Positions 27,927 through 38,448 of a stretch of DNA of 63,682 nt are shown here, one piece after another (position 1 is the first letter of the stretch; each line of letters starts with the position of its first letter). The position numbers were made by a program, and so were the translations under genes. The DNA comes from a bacterium (GTDB taxonomy: Bacteria; UBP15; UBA6099). The stretch lies in contig JBAYJY010000005.1 of assembly GCA_041664945.1 (NCBI GenBank), positions 1-63,682 of the forward strand, read 5' to 3'. The notes under the pieces are model-generated. The model worked only from the letters and a program-made list of their open reading frames with translations, was not told where the DNA came from and ran no database searches.

Positions 27927-28096
27927 TAGATTTCTCCTGATCAATATGAAAAAAATTTAATGGCTGACCGAAAAACGCGTCTCCGCTCAAGATTGATGCC
28001 ATGCCAAAAAACAAAGGTGTATGATAAGTTAAATTGATTATAAGATGAGAAATAAATATATCAGTTTAATATAAAACCGACTCCGGCAGTGTTTAG

Positions 28097-28789
28097 CTAT
28101 TCAGAGAATTCCGGGTACAGCGATTTTAAGCAGTCGGGGCAAAGGCCATGCGAGAACTCCGCTTCCGAGTGGTCCCGGATATATTCTTCGATCCTGATCC
28201 AGAACCCCTCGTCATTGCGTATGTTTTTGCAGTTTGCGCAGATCGGCAAAAATCCTCTCAGGACTTTAATTGTGTTTTGCGCCTGTTCGAGGGCCGTGTT
28301 TTTCTTCTGAAGCTCCCTCGCGAGGTTTATCATCTCATTGTTCATCCTTGCAAATTCATCGTAAATCCGACTGTCGCGCCCCGCTCCGGCGCAGTTGGCT
28401 TGAAATAATTCGCGGCTCAACGCTTGAACGGCGAGAGAAGTGTCGTTGTCGAGAAAACGCAGCGTGAAAAGCATCTCGCATACATCAAATCGCGTTCTCG
28501 CGCAGAGAATGATAAATCCGTCCTGAGCCGCGATGCCGGAAAAAATCAGCGTTTCGAGCGCCGAGCCGTCAGACACGTTAATATCCCAACCGGAAGACAT
28601 CCCGTGGATTTGAAGTTCTTCAAGGAATCCATCAAGTTTCGCGATATCATCATGGCCTATAAAACTATGAAAGCGCATGCCGGGGCTTATGTGTCCGCTG
28701 AAACCCATGTAGTCGAGAACGATAGCTGAGACAATCCCCTTTTCATCGCACCTGAACACAAACCCCGCTCCGGTTTTGCCGGTTTCCAT
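28097..28789 (-). CDS. PAS-like sensor protein with coiled coil and C-terminal CxxC...CxxC module
   Basis: 230 aa. N-terminal roughly 115-aa PAS-like fold, a coiled coil (MNNEMINLARELQKKNTALEQAQ) and C-terminal LPICANCKNIRNDEGFWIRIEEYIRDHSEAEFSHGLCPDCLKSLYPE. Confidence 0.6.
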   Translation of the reverse strand: METGKTGAGFVFRCDEKGIVSAIVLDYMGFSGHISPGMRFHSFIGHDDIAKLDGFLEELQIHGMSSGWDINVSDGSALETLIFSGIAAQDGFIILCARTRFDVCEMLFTLRFLDNDTSLAVQALSRELFQANCAGAGRDSRIYDEFARMNNEMINLARELQKKNTALEQAQNTIKVLRGFLPICANCKNIRNDEGFWIRIEEYIRDHSEAEFSHGLCPDCLKSLYPEFSE

Positions 28790-28830
28790 TTATTCTTACT
28801 CCGTCCTTTAAAGATTGTCTTGCGCAGCCC

Positions 28831-29232
28831 CTAAACAGATGTTTTGATGCGGGCAATCATCCACTTGAAATAGGGAACGATTTCGGCGGCTTGATCCTGA
28901 GAAAGCGTTTCGCCCACAACTTTCGCGTATATCTCAAGACGGTTTGCCATGTGGGCCGCCTGGACTCCATCGTGCGGCAGCCGTTCGAGCGCCCATTCCA
29001 TCTGATCCTCGAGAAGCGAAACCTGCCCGGACACCATCACGGCTTCGAGCATCCGTGTCGTGAACTGAAGGCCGATAGTTATGAGTTGTTCGGCTTGGGC
29101 GCCGTGATGTTCCACCTCGGCGCTGAATTCCATCGAACGCCTCACAGTTTCGCGAATAATCACGGCTGAAGCCGCCCTGAAAGCCTCAAGCGCCCCTGCG
29201 GTAATCGGCGCGAGGGTATTGCCGTCAGCCAT
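28831..29232 (-). CDS. small all-helical protein, phycobiliprotein/globin-like (no Cys)
   Basis: 133 aa, predicted helical throughout. The C-terminal LSQDQAAEIVPYFKWMI resembles the C-terminal helix of phycobiliproteins. No cysteine is present, so covalent bilin attachment is not possible. Confidence 0.45.
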   Translation of the reverse strand: MADGNTLAPITAGALEAFRAASAVIIRETVRRSMEFSAEVEHHGAQAEQLITIGLQFTTRMLEAVMVSGQVSLLEDQMEWALERLPHDGVQAAHMANRLEIYAKVVGETLSQDQAAEIVPYFKWMIARIKTSV

Positions 29233-29258
29233 GTTTCACCTCTGTCTTAATCTTAAAT

Positions 29259-29972
29259 TCAAATTTCACGCTCCGCAAGCCATCTATTCGCCACCTCAAT
29301 AGCCTGTTGCGCATCGGCGGCATAACCATCCGCGCCGACTTGCAGCCAGAGATCGGGCGCCACGTTGAAAAGCCTGCCTCCGACCAATATCTTTACCGAT
29401 TTGCATGCCTCGTCCGCCCGCACCCTTCTCACAAGGCTCATGGCCGCTTCGAGATTGAATGTGATCGTGGCGGAAACCGCAAGAAGGTCCGCGCCGCGCT
29501 CCACCACTGTCTCGACTATGCTTTCCTGCGGCGAGCTCGCACCAAGATAATATGTGTCCCATCCTTCCATCTCAAAAAAATCCGCGACCATTCGTATTCC
29601 GATTTCATGCAATTCTCCGGCGACGCTTGTGGCGACAAGCTTTTTCCCGTTTTTCTTTGAGGAAAATATCATCGGGTACATCTGCGACATCACCATCTGC
29701 GTCACATATGTGCAGAAGTGTTCCTGCGCCACGGAGATTATGTTGGCCTGCCATAGCCGGCCGACCTCTAACTGGGCCGGTTGAAACACACGCAGGTAAA
29801 TATCGCGGACAGCGGCTCCTTTTTCAACTGCATCCAAAATCAACCGCCCCGCCTCATGCCTGTCGCCGGCAATCAATGTTTTCATATAATCCTGAGCCAG
29901 ATGCCCTAATGGCGTTGTATCTTTCCAAAACTGATGCTTGAGCATTTCCTCGTTTTTGAGAATCTCTTTCAT
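29259..29972 (-). CDS. stand-alone cobalamin-binding protein, CarH/AerR-type photoreceptor module (helical bundle plus Rossmann B12-binding domain)
   Basis: 237 aa. W74-x9-E84-H85 (GRLWQANIISVAQEHF) lies in the N-terminal helical domain. E120-x-H122-x2-G125 (GELHEIG) provides a lower-axial His, followed by SATI and VGG motifs of the B12-binding Rossmann fold. No DNA-binding or kinase domain. Confidence 0.75.
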   Translation of the reverse strand: MKEILKNEEMLKHQFWKDTTPLGHLAQDYMKTLIAGDRHEAGRLILDAVEKGAAVRDIYLRVFQPAQLEVGRLWQANIISVAQEHFCTYVTQMVMSQMYPMIFSSKKNGKKLVATSVAGELHEIGIRMVADFFEMEGWDTYYLGASSPQESIVETVVERGADLLAVSATITFNLEAAMSLVRRVRADEACKSVKILVGGRLFNVAPDLWLQVGADGYAADAQQAIEVANRWLAEREI

Positions 29973-30011
29973 TTCCGCATGTCCTTTTGCCTGAGATAAT
30001 TTGCCAAAAAA

Positions 30012-33000
30012 CTAATCATCCAACACGCTGCGGACTAATTGCGACAGTTCGGCGACCTTGAACGGCTTTTGTATGAAACCCTCAACGCCTTCGTCCAGCA
30101 GCGCGCTGATCCGCCCGTCCGAACTGTAGCCGGACGCGATTATCACTTTCACATCCGGGTTTATTTTGACAAGCGCCCTGTAAACATCCTGCCCGTCCAT
30201 TTCCGGCATGATCATATCCAATACGACAAGATCAATTTTATCGCGGTTCTTATTATATGTTGCCAGCGCTTCTTTTCCACTCTTAGCCCTGAAAGTCCTG
30301 TATCCGCATTTCAAAAGCATCTTTTCGCCGACTTTTGCCACAGCATCTTCATCGTCGACAATAAGAATGCCCTCGTCGCCGCGCAGGACAGCGCCGGCGT
30401 CTTCCTTTTGTTTATCCTGCTCTTTCAGATTCAGCAACGGCAGGTAAATATAGAAAATGGTCCCTTTGCCGGGCTCGCTGTCAACCTCGATATGCCCGTT
30501 GTGGCTTTTTATTATCCCGTGCGTGATAGACAGCCCGAGTCCGGTTCCCTTGCCCACGCTTTTTGTCGTGAAGAACGGCTCGAATATGCGTGTTTTAACT
30601 TCCTCCGGCATGCCGGCGCCTGTATCTGAAATCTTCACGAGACAATAGTCCCCGGATCGAACATCCGGATAGTCTTTGACATATTCGTCATCAAGCTCGA
30701 CTTTCATGCATTCGATCGCCAACTCGCCGCCATCCGGCATGCTGTCGCTGGCGTTATTGCAGATGTTCAGAAACGCCTGAAACACCTGATTCGCGTCGAC
30801 AGTCACAACAGGCGGTTCGGTCACGGCGGTTTTGATTTTGATTTTCTTATTGACGCTTCGTGAAAGAACGATTGAAAGGTCGCTGATAATAGAACTGATG
30901 TCCACGCTCTTGATATCGAGCTTTTCCTTGCGCGCAAACGTGAGAAGCTGCATGGTAAGTTCTTTCGCCCGGTTCGACGCCGTCATGATTTCGTTCAACT
31001 CATCGTAGAAATGCTCTCCGGGCGACAATTCCATTTTCGCCATCTGCGCGTTCCCCATAATCACTGCAAGCATATTATTGAAGTCGTGAGCGATCCCGCC
31101 CGCCAGCGTGCCGATCGCCTCCATCTTCTGCGCCTGAAGAAGCTGCTGCTGGAGAGCGTCTTTTTCCTCTTCCGCGCGCTTGCGTTTGGAAATATCACGG
31201 CACACGGCGAACACGAGTTTCTTTCCAGCGCATACCGCCCCGTTGGAGCTGACTTCAACGTCGATAAAGCTGCCGTTTTTGCAGCGGTGGCGCGTTTCAA
31301 AGTGATCGCCTTTCTCGTCAACAAGCCGTATCATTTCCAGCAGTTGCTCTTGCGTCCACTGGCTGTCCCAATCCCATATATGGAGTTGAAGCGCTTCCTC
31401 GCCGGAATACCCCAGCATTTCGGCAAATCTTTTGTTCGCCTCTAATACTCTCCCTTCCTCGTCCATGACAACAATGCCGTCGCTCGACTGCTCGACCAAT
31501 ATGCGCCTCCGGATTGCCTCGTCCGCCAATGCCTCTTCCGTCCGCTTGCGTTCGGTGATATCGTTAAATGTGACAATGAGCTTGTCGGCAAGAAAAGAGG
31601 CGTAGAGTTCGCAAATGCAGACAGAACCATCTTTGCAGCTTATCCGGTATTCACCGGTGTTGACTGGCTGCCGGGATTGGCGGGCTATTTCCAAAAATGG
31701 CTTCCATCTGTTAATCACCTCAAGGCGATAATCGGGATCAGGATAGGCAATCTGATACCATTCAGCCACCGTAGGCGCTGTGTGTCCGAAAAGGGAAAGA
31801 GCGCTGCCGCTCCAGAAATGAATTATTTCATCATCCGCGTCGACAACCGCAACCGGAAAAGGAGCGACATCAAGAACGGCTCGAAAATTCTGTTCGCTTT
31901 TACGAAGCGCCTCTTCCGCCTGTTTGCGGTCGGTTATGTCCGTATGCGTGCCGCACATTCTTAACGGTTTCCCTTGTTCGTCTCGCTTCACAACTTTTGC
32001 CTGATCCAGTATCCATTTGTACCGCCCGTCTTTGGCGAGCATTCGATATTCGATCCTGTGCTGCGGCGTCCGGCCTTCCAAATGATCCTGTATGGACTTC
32101 CATGCGGCTTCCCGGTCATCCGGGTGCTGGAGATCGGACCACTGCTTGATCGTGAACTCTATTTCTTCGAGCGTATATCCCAGCATCCCGGCCCAAAGCT
32201 CATTGCGGCAAACCTCCCCCGTCTCTATGTTCCAGTCCCAGTAACCAAGCTGGCTGCCTTCAAGCACGAGCGACATTCGCTCTCCGCTCTCCATCAACGC
32301 ATCCTCCGCCTGCTTGCGTTCTGACAAATCCACATGCGTTGCCTGATAGTAAAGCAGTTTCCCCTCGGCATCGATTATTTTCCGCGCGGCGACAAGAACC
32401 CAGAACCGCGCTCCGTCGCGGCGAAACACTTCAACCTCCCTTGGCTCCATGAATCCCTTCTCGTCGAGAATTCGCAGAATTTCTTTCCGATCCTCTGGAT
32501 TTGAGTAGAACGATTTTCCTATGTCAGACACATCAGCCATAATTTCTTCCGGGCTTTCGTAGCCATACATCCGCGCATACGCCGTATTAGCGTGAACCAA
32601 TCTCCCGTCGGGAGTCGCCGCTGAAATGCCCATCATTGTGTTATCATACAGACTTCGGTATCTTCCCTCGGATTCCCTCAGCGCATCCTCCGCCAGCTTG
32701 CGCTCGGTGATGTCCTCATGCATCAAAACAAATCTTTTGGGACTCTCATTATTGTCGTACAAGGGGAATACAGTTCCCCGAAGCCAAACCGGAGCGTCCG
32801 GAAATTCGGGGGACACATCACGGGTGTTAAAATAAACTGCGGGGAAATCAACAGCTTCGCCTTTTTTAACGCGTTCAAATATCTCTTCAAATCCCTGCTT
32901 CTTTAATTGAAGATCATTAAAGATCGACCAATCGGGAGGCGGCACGGAACCAAATAGCCTTGTGTGCGCCGAATTAACTTTGAGCGTAAATCCATTCTCG

Positions 33001-34142
33001 TCCACAATTTGAATTGACATCGGATTTTTATCAATTATTTCCTGCAATATGTTTTCCGCCAGCTTGCGGTCGGTTATGTCGACTATGTTTGTAATGAAGT
33101 ATTGCGGCGTTCCTGTCTCGTCATTGAAAATCGTCGTGCTTACGTCGGCCCATACGATGCCGCCTTCCTTGCGGACATATCGCTTCTCCCATCGATAGAA
33201 ATCCGCTTCTTTCTCATGGAGGCGCCGGATATATTCGTATGACTCCTCAAGATCATCGGGGTGGGTGATCAGGTCGAAACTCAACTGCTGCAGTTCCTCG
33301 ACTGTATAGCCAAGCATGCGGGCAAATACATTGTTGACCCTTATCAGCTTTCCATCCATCCCCGTCATGGACTTGCCGACAGTCGACCTCTCAAACATAG
33401 TCCGGAATCTGTTTTCGCTCGCCCGCAGTTCATCAGCCTTAATATTTCGTTCATTAAACTTCCTGAAAACATTCCACGAACCAAGCCCTATATAAACCAG
33501 GTAGCCGACAACGCTCATGGTTATCAAATAAAAATAGGCGGGCTCTTTATAAAGCAAAATGGGAGGCGACGTAATGTCGCTGTGCGTCATTAACCCCGTG
33601 TATTCCGATATTGCGACGAACAGAAACAAGCAGTTTATAAACGCTATATGTTTTGCCAGCGTTTTTTTAGAAGTCACGGAACTCAATGGCACAATGTGCC
33701 CGAAAAAATACAGGCAAAGGGGCGAAAGCAACCCGCCGGAAAATTTCATCGCGAGAATCGACAGCGCCTCGCCCGTATATATGAAAACATCGAAAATAAT
33801 CCTGCCGCGCTCCGCGCTTTTCGCTCTTGAAACGCAGATCATTGCGATAAAGCGGTTGAGAACGATTAGAAAAGTGAAAATCATTGCCGGCGCAAGCCAC
33901 TTCGCATCGAAAACTATCCTGTACCGCGCCGAAGGAAAATATATTTCCCTGCCGAGCAAAAAAATCGTTCTGCCGTCTCCGATATACTGCATGCCGGCAT
34001 TGAAAGCCGCGAAAATGATGCCGAGAACGCCGAGGACAATTAATACGCCTTTCCATCCCCGCGAGAGAAACCAGCGCGCATCCGACTGTAAATCAGCCAT
34101 GTTTCCATCGTTCGGGAGGTTATCTTTTTTGAATATACCCAT
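30012..34142 (-). CDS. membrane-bound multi-PAS hybrid sensor histidine kinase (HisKA, HATPase, C-terminal REC)
   Basis: Start at ATG 34142 (AAGAGGA 8 nt upstream); the ORF track extends to 34193. About 230-aa polytopic N-terminus, six PAS/PAC modules separated by DITERK-type linkers, H-box [19 protein letters not shown] lid, and REC acceptor region LVVLDMIMPEMDG. Confidence 0.85.
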   Translation of the reverse strand: MGIFKKDNLPNDGNMADLQSDARWFLSRGWKGVLIVLGVLGIIFAAFNAGMQYIGDGRTIFLLGREIYFPSARYRIVFDAKWLAPAMIFTFLIVLNRFIAMICVSRAKSAERGRIIFDVFIYTGEALSILAMKFSGGLLSPLCLYFFGHIVPLSSVTSKKTLAKHIAFINCLFLFVAISEYTGLMTHSDITSPPILLYKEPAYFYLITMSVVGYLVYIGLGSWNVFRKFNERNIKADELRASENRFRTMFERSTVGKSMTGMDGKLIRVNNVFARMLGYTVEELQQLSFDLITHPDDLEESYEYIRRLHEKEADFYRWEKRYVRKEGGIVWADVSTTIFNDETGTPQYFITNIVDITDRKLAENILQEIIDKNPMSIQIVDENGFTLKVNSAHTRLFGSVPPPDWSIFNDLQLKKQGFEEIFERVKKGEAVDFPAVYFNTRDVSPEFPDAPVWLRGTVFPLYDNNESPKRFVLMHEDITERKLAEDALRESEGRYRSLYDNTMMGISAATPDGRLVHANTAYARMYGYESPEEIMADVSDIGKSFYSNPEDRKEILRILDEKGFMEPREVEVFRRDGARFWVLVAARKIIDAEGKLLYYQATHVDLSERKQAEDALMESGERMSLVLEGSQLGYWDWNIETGEVCRNELWAGMLGYTLEEIEFTIKQWSDLQHPDDREAAWKSIQDHLEGRTPQHRIEYRMLAKDGRYKWILDQAKVVKRDEQGKPLRMCGTHTDITDRKQAEEALRKSEQNFRAVLDVAPFPVAVVDADDEIIHFWSGSALSLFGHTAPTVAEWYQIAYPDPDYRLEVINRWKPFLEIARQSRQPVNTGEYRISCKDGSVCICELYASFLADKLIVTFNDITERKRTEEALADEAIRRRILVEQSSDGIVVMDEEGRVLEANKRFAEMLGYSGEEALQLHIWDWDSQWTQEQLLEMIRLVDEKGDHFETRHRCKNGSFIDVEVSSNGAVCAGKKLVFAVCRDISKRKRAEEEKDALQQQLLQAQKMEAIGTLAGGIAHDFNNMLAVIMGNAQMAKMELSPGEHFYDELNEIMTASNRAKELTMQLLTFARKEKLDIKSVDISSIISDLSIVLSRSVNKKIKIKTAVTEPPVVTVDANQVFQAFLNICNNASDSMPDGGELAIECMKVELDDEYVKDYPDVRSGDYCLVKISDTGAGMPEEVKTRIFEPFFTTKSVGKGTGLGLSITHGIIKSHNGHIEVDSEPGKGTIFYIYLPLLNLKEQDKQKEDAGAVLRGDEGILIVDDEDAVAKVGEKMLLKCGYRTFRAKSGKEALATYNKNRDKIDLVVLDMIMPEMDGQDVYRALVKINPDVKVIIASGYSSDGRISALLDEGVEGFIQKPFKVAELSQLVRSVLDD

Positions 34143-34246
34143 GGAATATATCCTCTTGATTATATTTCGATATCCCCATCGAATTATCAGCATTTATTCG
34201 ATCACAACGGCTTACAGATATGACGGTTCAGCATTTAAAACGCCTC

Positions 34247-37200
34247 TCAACCGTCCAGCGCCTCGCGCACCTTGGCTGTCAGGTCCTGCAGCGAAAACGG
34301 CTTGGAGATGAAGTGAATATTCTGGTCCAGAATTCCATTGTGGACAATCGCGTTTTCAGTGTAGCCGGACATGTAAAGCGCTTTGATGTGCGGACATATT
34401 TTCGCGAGCCGCTCCGCGAGTTCGCTCCCGCTCATTTCCGGCATGACCATGTCGGTTATAATGAGATGTATCGAATCGCCTTCGCGCTCACATATAAGCA
34501 GCGCCTCGCCTCCGTTTGCGGCCGTGTGGACCTTATAACCCGACGCTTCGAGAGCTCGTTTTGTAAGGCTGAGCACTCCCGGTTCGTCCTCGACAACCAG
34601 TATCGTTTCCGTTCCCGTTGTCGTCGTGAATTTCCGCTTCTCCCGAACCGCAGTCTCGGCGATTGAAAGTTCCCGGCGCAGATAAATCTTGAATGTCGTC
34701 CCCTCGCCGGGCTCGCTGTAGACCCAGATATGCCCCCCGCTCTGATTGACTATGCCATAAACAGTCGAAAGGCCAAGGCCGGTCCCTTTCCCTTTTTCCT
34801 TTGTCGTGAAAAACGGCTCGAAAATATTTTCCTTTGTCGCTTTGTCCATCCCGCATCCGGTGTCCGACACCGAAAGCGCGACATATTGCCCTGGCGCAAC
34901 TTCCGGATGCTCTTCCGCATATGCCCCGTCCAATTCGACATTTGCCGTTTCTATAGTGAGCTTGCCTCCCATGGGCATTGCGTCGCGCGCGTTGACGGCG
35001 AGATTCAAAACCACCTGCTCGATCTGTCCGGGGTCAGCCTTAACCTTGCCGAGGTCGCCGGCGAGGCAGGCGATAAAATCAATGTCCTCGCCTATGAGGC
35101 GCCGGAGCATCTGTTCTATCCCGGCAATCGTATCGTTGATATCCAGTATTTCAGGAACGAGCGCCTGCCTGCGGCTGAATGCGAGAAGCTGCCGCGTCAG
35201 GTCCGCCGACCGCTCACCGGCTTTGAGAATTTCTTTCATATCCTCCAGCAGCGGATCGCCCGGCCTAAGCGCGTCGATTGCCATTCCCGCATAGCCGTTG
35301 ATGACGGAGAGCATGTTGTTGAAATCGTGCGCTATGCCGCCCGCGAGCCTTCCAACCGCCTCCATTTTCTGAGACTGCCGGAGTTGCTCCTCCGACTTCC
35401 GCAGATCTTCTTCAGCCTTCTTGCGGTCCGTGATATCCTCCGAGATTCCCAATAGAAACTTCGAGACGCCGTCGGCGCCTCTTATGCAAACCTTCCTTGT
35501 GTGCAACAGCCGCTGACCTTTTCCGGCTGTCAGAATTGGCTCTTCCGGGATGTCCAGCATCTCGGCTTCTCCATCGAGAACTTCCCGGTCTTTGGCCATG
35601 AAATGGGCCGCCTGCTCGGGAGGGAAAAGATCTAAGTTGTTCTTGCCGAGCAAGTCTTTGCGCCCATACCCCAAAAGCTCCTCGCCCGCGCGATTGAATA
35701 TGACAAACCTCAGTTCCTCCGCCTCTTTCAGGAAGATCATGTGCGGGACATGCTCCACAACCGCTTCGAAAAGGGCTTTCGATTCCAGCAGTTCCTCCTC
35801 CGCCCGCTTGTGGGCGAGCGCAATCCCGACGCTTGCCCCAAACCCCTCAAAAAACAGGATCATCTCCCGCGTGAAACGGTTGGCGCGGCGGTCGTTCAGT
35901 TGCAGCAACCCGACAATCTCGTCGCCGGAGCGCAACGGTATTAGCGCGACCGACTCGTAGCCCTCTCCGTTGCAGCGGTTGCGCGTGCGCGCCTGCCGGT
36001 CCGCTTCAGTCGTCTTGACTAACAGCTCCGTCGTGCAGTTGGACCAGAAACTGCCGCCTTCCGTGAAAAACGGAAGCGATGTGTCTGTGCGTCCGCAGAG
36101 AATGTTGCCGCACATGCAATCCAGCTCCGGATTCCCCTGCCCGTCCCGAATGATCTTTCCATCCTTGCCATACGCGCACAGGCTCCGCTCGGCAACAACA
36201 AAATCCTCCGGAAATCCCAAAGTCCCATAGTACGGAAAATCATCGCCCTCCCGCATCCGGATTCCAATGGCCTCGAAATCCGTATTTTTCTTAATCACCC
36301 GCAATATTCCTTCAAGCATGCTCTTGGTTTCCTGCGGACGGTTCATATGTTCGAGCGCTTCGCGCGCAAGCCGCTCCCGGCTTTCAAATTGCTTGCGCTC
36401 GGTGATGTTCACGACGCTGGTGATTATGTACAGCGTCGCTCCGTTTTCGTCCCGTATGAGCGTGGAGCTCTCATCGGCCCAGACGATGCCGCCGTCCTTG
36501 TGAATGTATCGCTTCTCTATCCTGTATGACTCGCGCTCATTCGAAAGGAGACTGCGGAAATATTCCCGGCTTTCCGGCGCATCGTCCGGATGCGTAAATT
36601 GCAGGAAGTCGCGCTCGCGGAGATCCTCGACGGCATAACCGAGCATATCGGCGAAAGCCTTGTTTGTCACCAACATAATCCCATCAGGCGACGCCAGCGA
36701 TTTGCCCACCGTGGATCGTATGAATATCTCACGGAACCGGTCCTCGCTCTCCGACAGCGCCTTTGTTCTTTCAGCAACCCTGTCTTCCAACTGCTCGTTC
36801 AGCAATTTCAACTCATTCTGCGCCTGGATCAATTCGTTGTTTCTGTTGACCGCCGCTTCATAGGTGGAAATGAGAAGCGTGAGCATCTGCTGCTGGTCGG
36901 CCGTGATGAAACGCCGTTTCTCGGCGAACTGGATTTCCACCCCCACCCGAACCCGCTCGCTGCTTACTAATTTCCTGTTGGCGAGCATCTGTTCGATGCT
37001 GGGCAGAAGATAACTCTCGCTGTATGGCTTCGTTATAAAATTGTCCGCCCCGCACGCCAGCCCCTCGAGCACATCTGTTGAATCAGACAGGGAAGTAAGC
37101 AGGATCACCGGTATGTATTCCGTGCTTACATTCGCTTTGATCTGTCTGCAAAGCTCGTATCCATCCATTTCCGGCATGATGATATCCGTTATAACAAGTT

Positions 37201-37369
37201 GCGGCTTGTAGTTTTTCAGCAACTCAAGCGCCTGTCTGCCGTTTCCGGCCGCCGTCACTCTGAATTCATGTTTTTCCAAGAGGTATTTAAGTTCCTCGGC
37301 CTGCGTGGGACTATCCTCGACGATAAGTATTTCGACAGGTTCCTGTTGGGATTTCAAATGTTCATTCAT
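34247..37369 (-). CDS. hybrid sensor histidine kinase REC-PAS-GAF-PAS-HisKA-HATPase-REC
   Basis: Start at ATG 37369 (MNEHLKS), overlapping the cheB stop by 8 nt. N-terminal REC ([13 protein letters not shown]), PAS, GAF-like and PAS modules, H-box [16 protein letters not shown], and C-terminal REC ([13 protein letters not shown]). Confidence 0.85.
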   Translation of the reverse strand: MNEHLKSQQEPVEILIVEDSPTQAEELKYLLEKHEFRVTAAGNGRQALELLKNYKPQLVITDIIMPEMDGYELCRQIKANVSTEYIPVILLTSLSDSTDVLEGLACGADNFITKPYSESYLLPSIEQMLANRKLVSSERVRVGVEIQFAEKRRFITADQQQMLTLLISTYEAAVNRNNELIQAQNELKLLNEQLEDRVAERTKALSESEDRFREIFIRSTVGKSLASPDGIMLVTNKAFADMLGYAVEDLRERDFLQFTHPDDAPESREYFRSLLSNERESYRIEKRYIHKDGGIVWADESSTLIRDENGATLYIITSVVNITERKQFESRERLAREALEHMNRPQETKSMLEGILRVIKKNTDFEAIGIRMREGDDFPYYGTLGFPEDFVVAERSLCAYGKDGKIIRDGQGNPELDCMCGNILCGRTDTSLPFFTEGGSFWSNCTTELLVKTTEADRQARTRNRCNGEGYESVALIPLRSGDEIVGLLQLNDRRANRFTREMILFFEGFGASVGIALAHKRAEEELLESKALFEAVVEHVPHMIFLKEAEELRFVIFNRAGEELLGYGRKDLLGKNNLDLFPPEQAAHFMAKDREVLDGEAEMLDIPEEPILTAGKGQRLLHTRKVCIRGADGVSKFLLGISEDITDRKKAEEDLRKSEEQLRQSQKMEAVGRLAGGIAHDFNNMLSVINGYAGMAIDALRPGDPLLEDMKEILKAGERSADLTRQLLAFSRRQALVPEILDINDTIAGIEQMLRRLIGEDIDFIACLAGDLGKVKADPGQIEQVVLNLAVNARDAMPMGGKLTIETANVELDGAYAEEHPEVAPGQYVALSVSDTGCGMDKATKENIFEPFFTTKEKGKGTGLGLSTVYGIVNQSGGHIWVYSEPGEGTTFKIYLRRELSIAETAVREKRKFTTTTGTETILVVEDEPGVLSLTKRALEASGYKVHTAANGGEALLICEREGDSIHLIITDMVMPEMSGSELAERLAKICPHIKALYMSGYTENAIVHNGILDQNIHFISKPFSLQDLTAKVREALDG

Positions 37370-38426
37370 TTTTTCCTTCTTTCGGCGCCTGCGCAAGCGT
37401 CATTAAGATATCCGCAATGCCTTCCGGCGGAAGAATATATTTTGCCGCGCCGAGCCTGATCGCCTCGCCCGGCATTCCATGCACGATTGAGCTTTCATTA
37501 TCCTGCGCGATCGTGACCGCGCCTCTTTCCTTCATCATTTTCAATTCCTCCGCTCCGTCTTTTCCCATTCCGGACAGCAACACACCCGCCGCGTTCGCCC
37601 CGAACTCCTCTTTGACGGTTTTAAAAAGATATGCGACGGACGGCCGCAAGCCGTTCTCAGGCCCGTGATCGCTTAGAAATATACGCTTGTCGCGCCCCAC
37701 TCCCATGTGAATTCCATCCGGGGCGATATATGCGCGTCCCGGCTCCGGACGCTCTCCATGCTTCGCCACGCTCATTGGAAAAAGCGTCGCTCCGCTAAGC
37801 CACTCCACAAATCCATTCACAAATCCAGAAGCTATATGCTGAACGATCAACAGGGAAACAGCCAGATTTCCCGGCAACCTTGAAAGTATTGTTTTCAGCG
37901 CCAACGGCCCGCCGGTTGACGCCCCGATCGCGATAATTCGAACTCCCGTACTTGTCTCCGGCTCATTTTTGATGGAAAGAGGAACACCAGCGGGAGCCTT
38001 CAACTCGAGCCGGACGCGTCTAACAACTTTGACCTCCGACATGAGTTTTACCGTCTGAATCAGCTCCCTTGCGGCTTTCCCGTGTTCGGGATGTCCTATG
38101 CCCGGCGGACGCAGAATCACAGCCAGCGCGCCGGCTTCGAGCAATCGGAACGTTCCGGCTATCTCCTGCGCTCCGGAGCTCGCGCTTACGATGACAATCG
38201 GCGTCGGCTGCGTTTCCATTATGCGGCGGGTCGCCTCAATTCCATCCATCCTTGGCATGTGGATGTCCATTGTAATTATGTCGGGACGCCCGCGCTTTAT
38301 CATTTCAATCGCTTCCAGCCCGTCGCCGGCGACTCCCATCACCTCTATCGCGGGGTCGGATGAAAGTATGTAAACGAGCAACTCACGCGCCACCGGCGAA
38401 TCTTCGACTATCATTACCTTGATCAT
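37362..38426 (-). CDS. cheB: protein-glutamate methylesterase CheB (REC plus methylesterase)
   Basis: 354 aa. REC (IITMDIHMPRMDG) and a CheB catalytic domain (IGASTGGP, HM, GMGKDGA). Confidence 0.9.
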   Translation of the reverse strand: MIKVMIVEDSPVARELLVYILSSDPAIEVMGVAGDGLEAIEMIKRGRPDIITMDIHMPRMDGIEATRRIMETQPTPIVIVSASSGAQEIAGTFRLLEAGALAVILRPPGIGHPEHGKAARELIQTVKLMSEVKVVRRVRLELKAPAGVPLSIKNEPETSTGVRIIAIGASTGGPLALKTILSRLPGNLAVSLLIVQHIASGFVNGFVEWLSGATLFPMSVAKHGERPEPGRAYIAPDGIHMGVGRDKRIFLSDHGPENGLRPSVAYLFKTVKEEFGANAAGVLLSGMGKDGAEELKMMKERGAVTIAQDNESSIVHGMPGEAIRLGAAKYILPPEGIADILMTLAQAPKEGKNE

Positions 38427-38448
38427 TCAGTTCCCCATTCGGCGTTTT

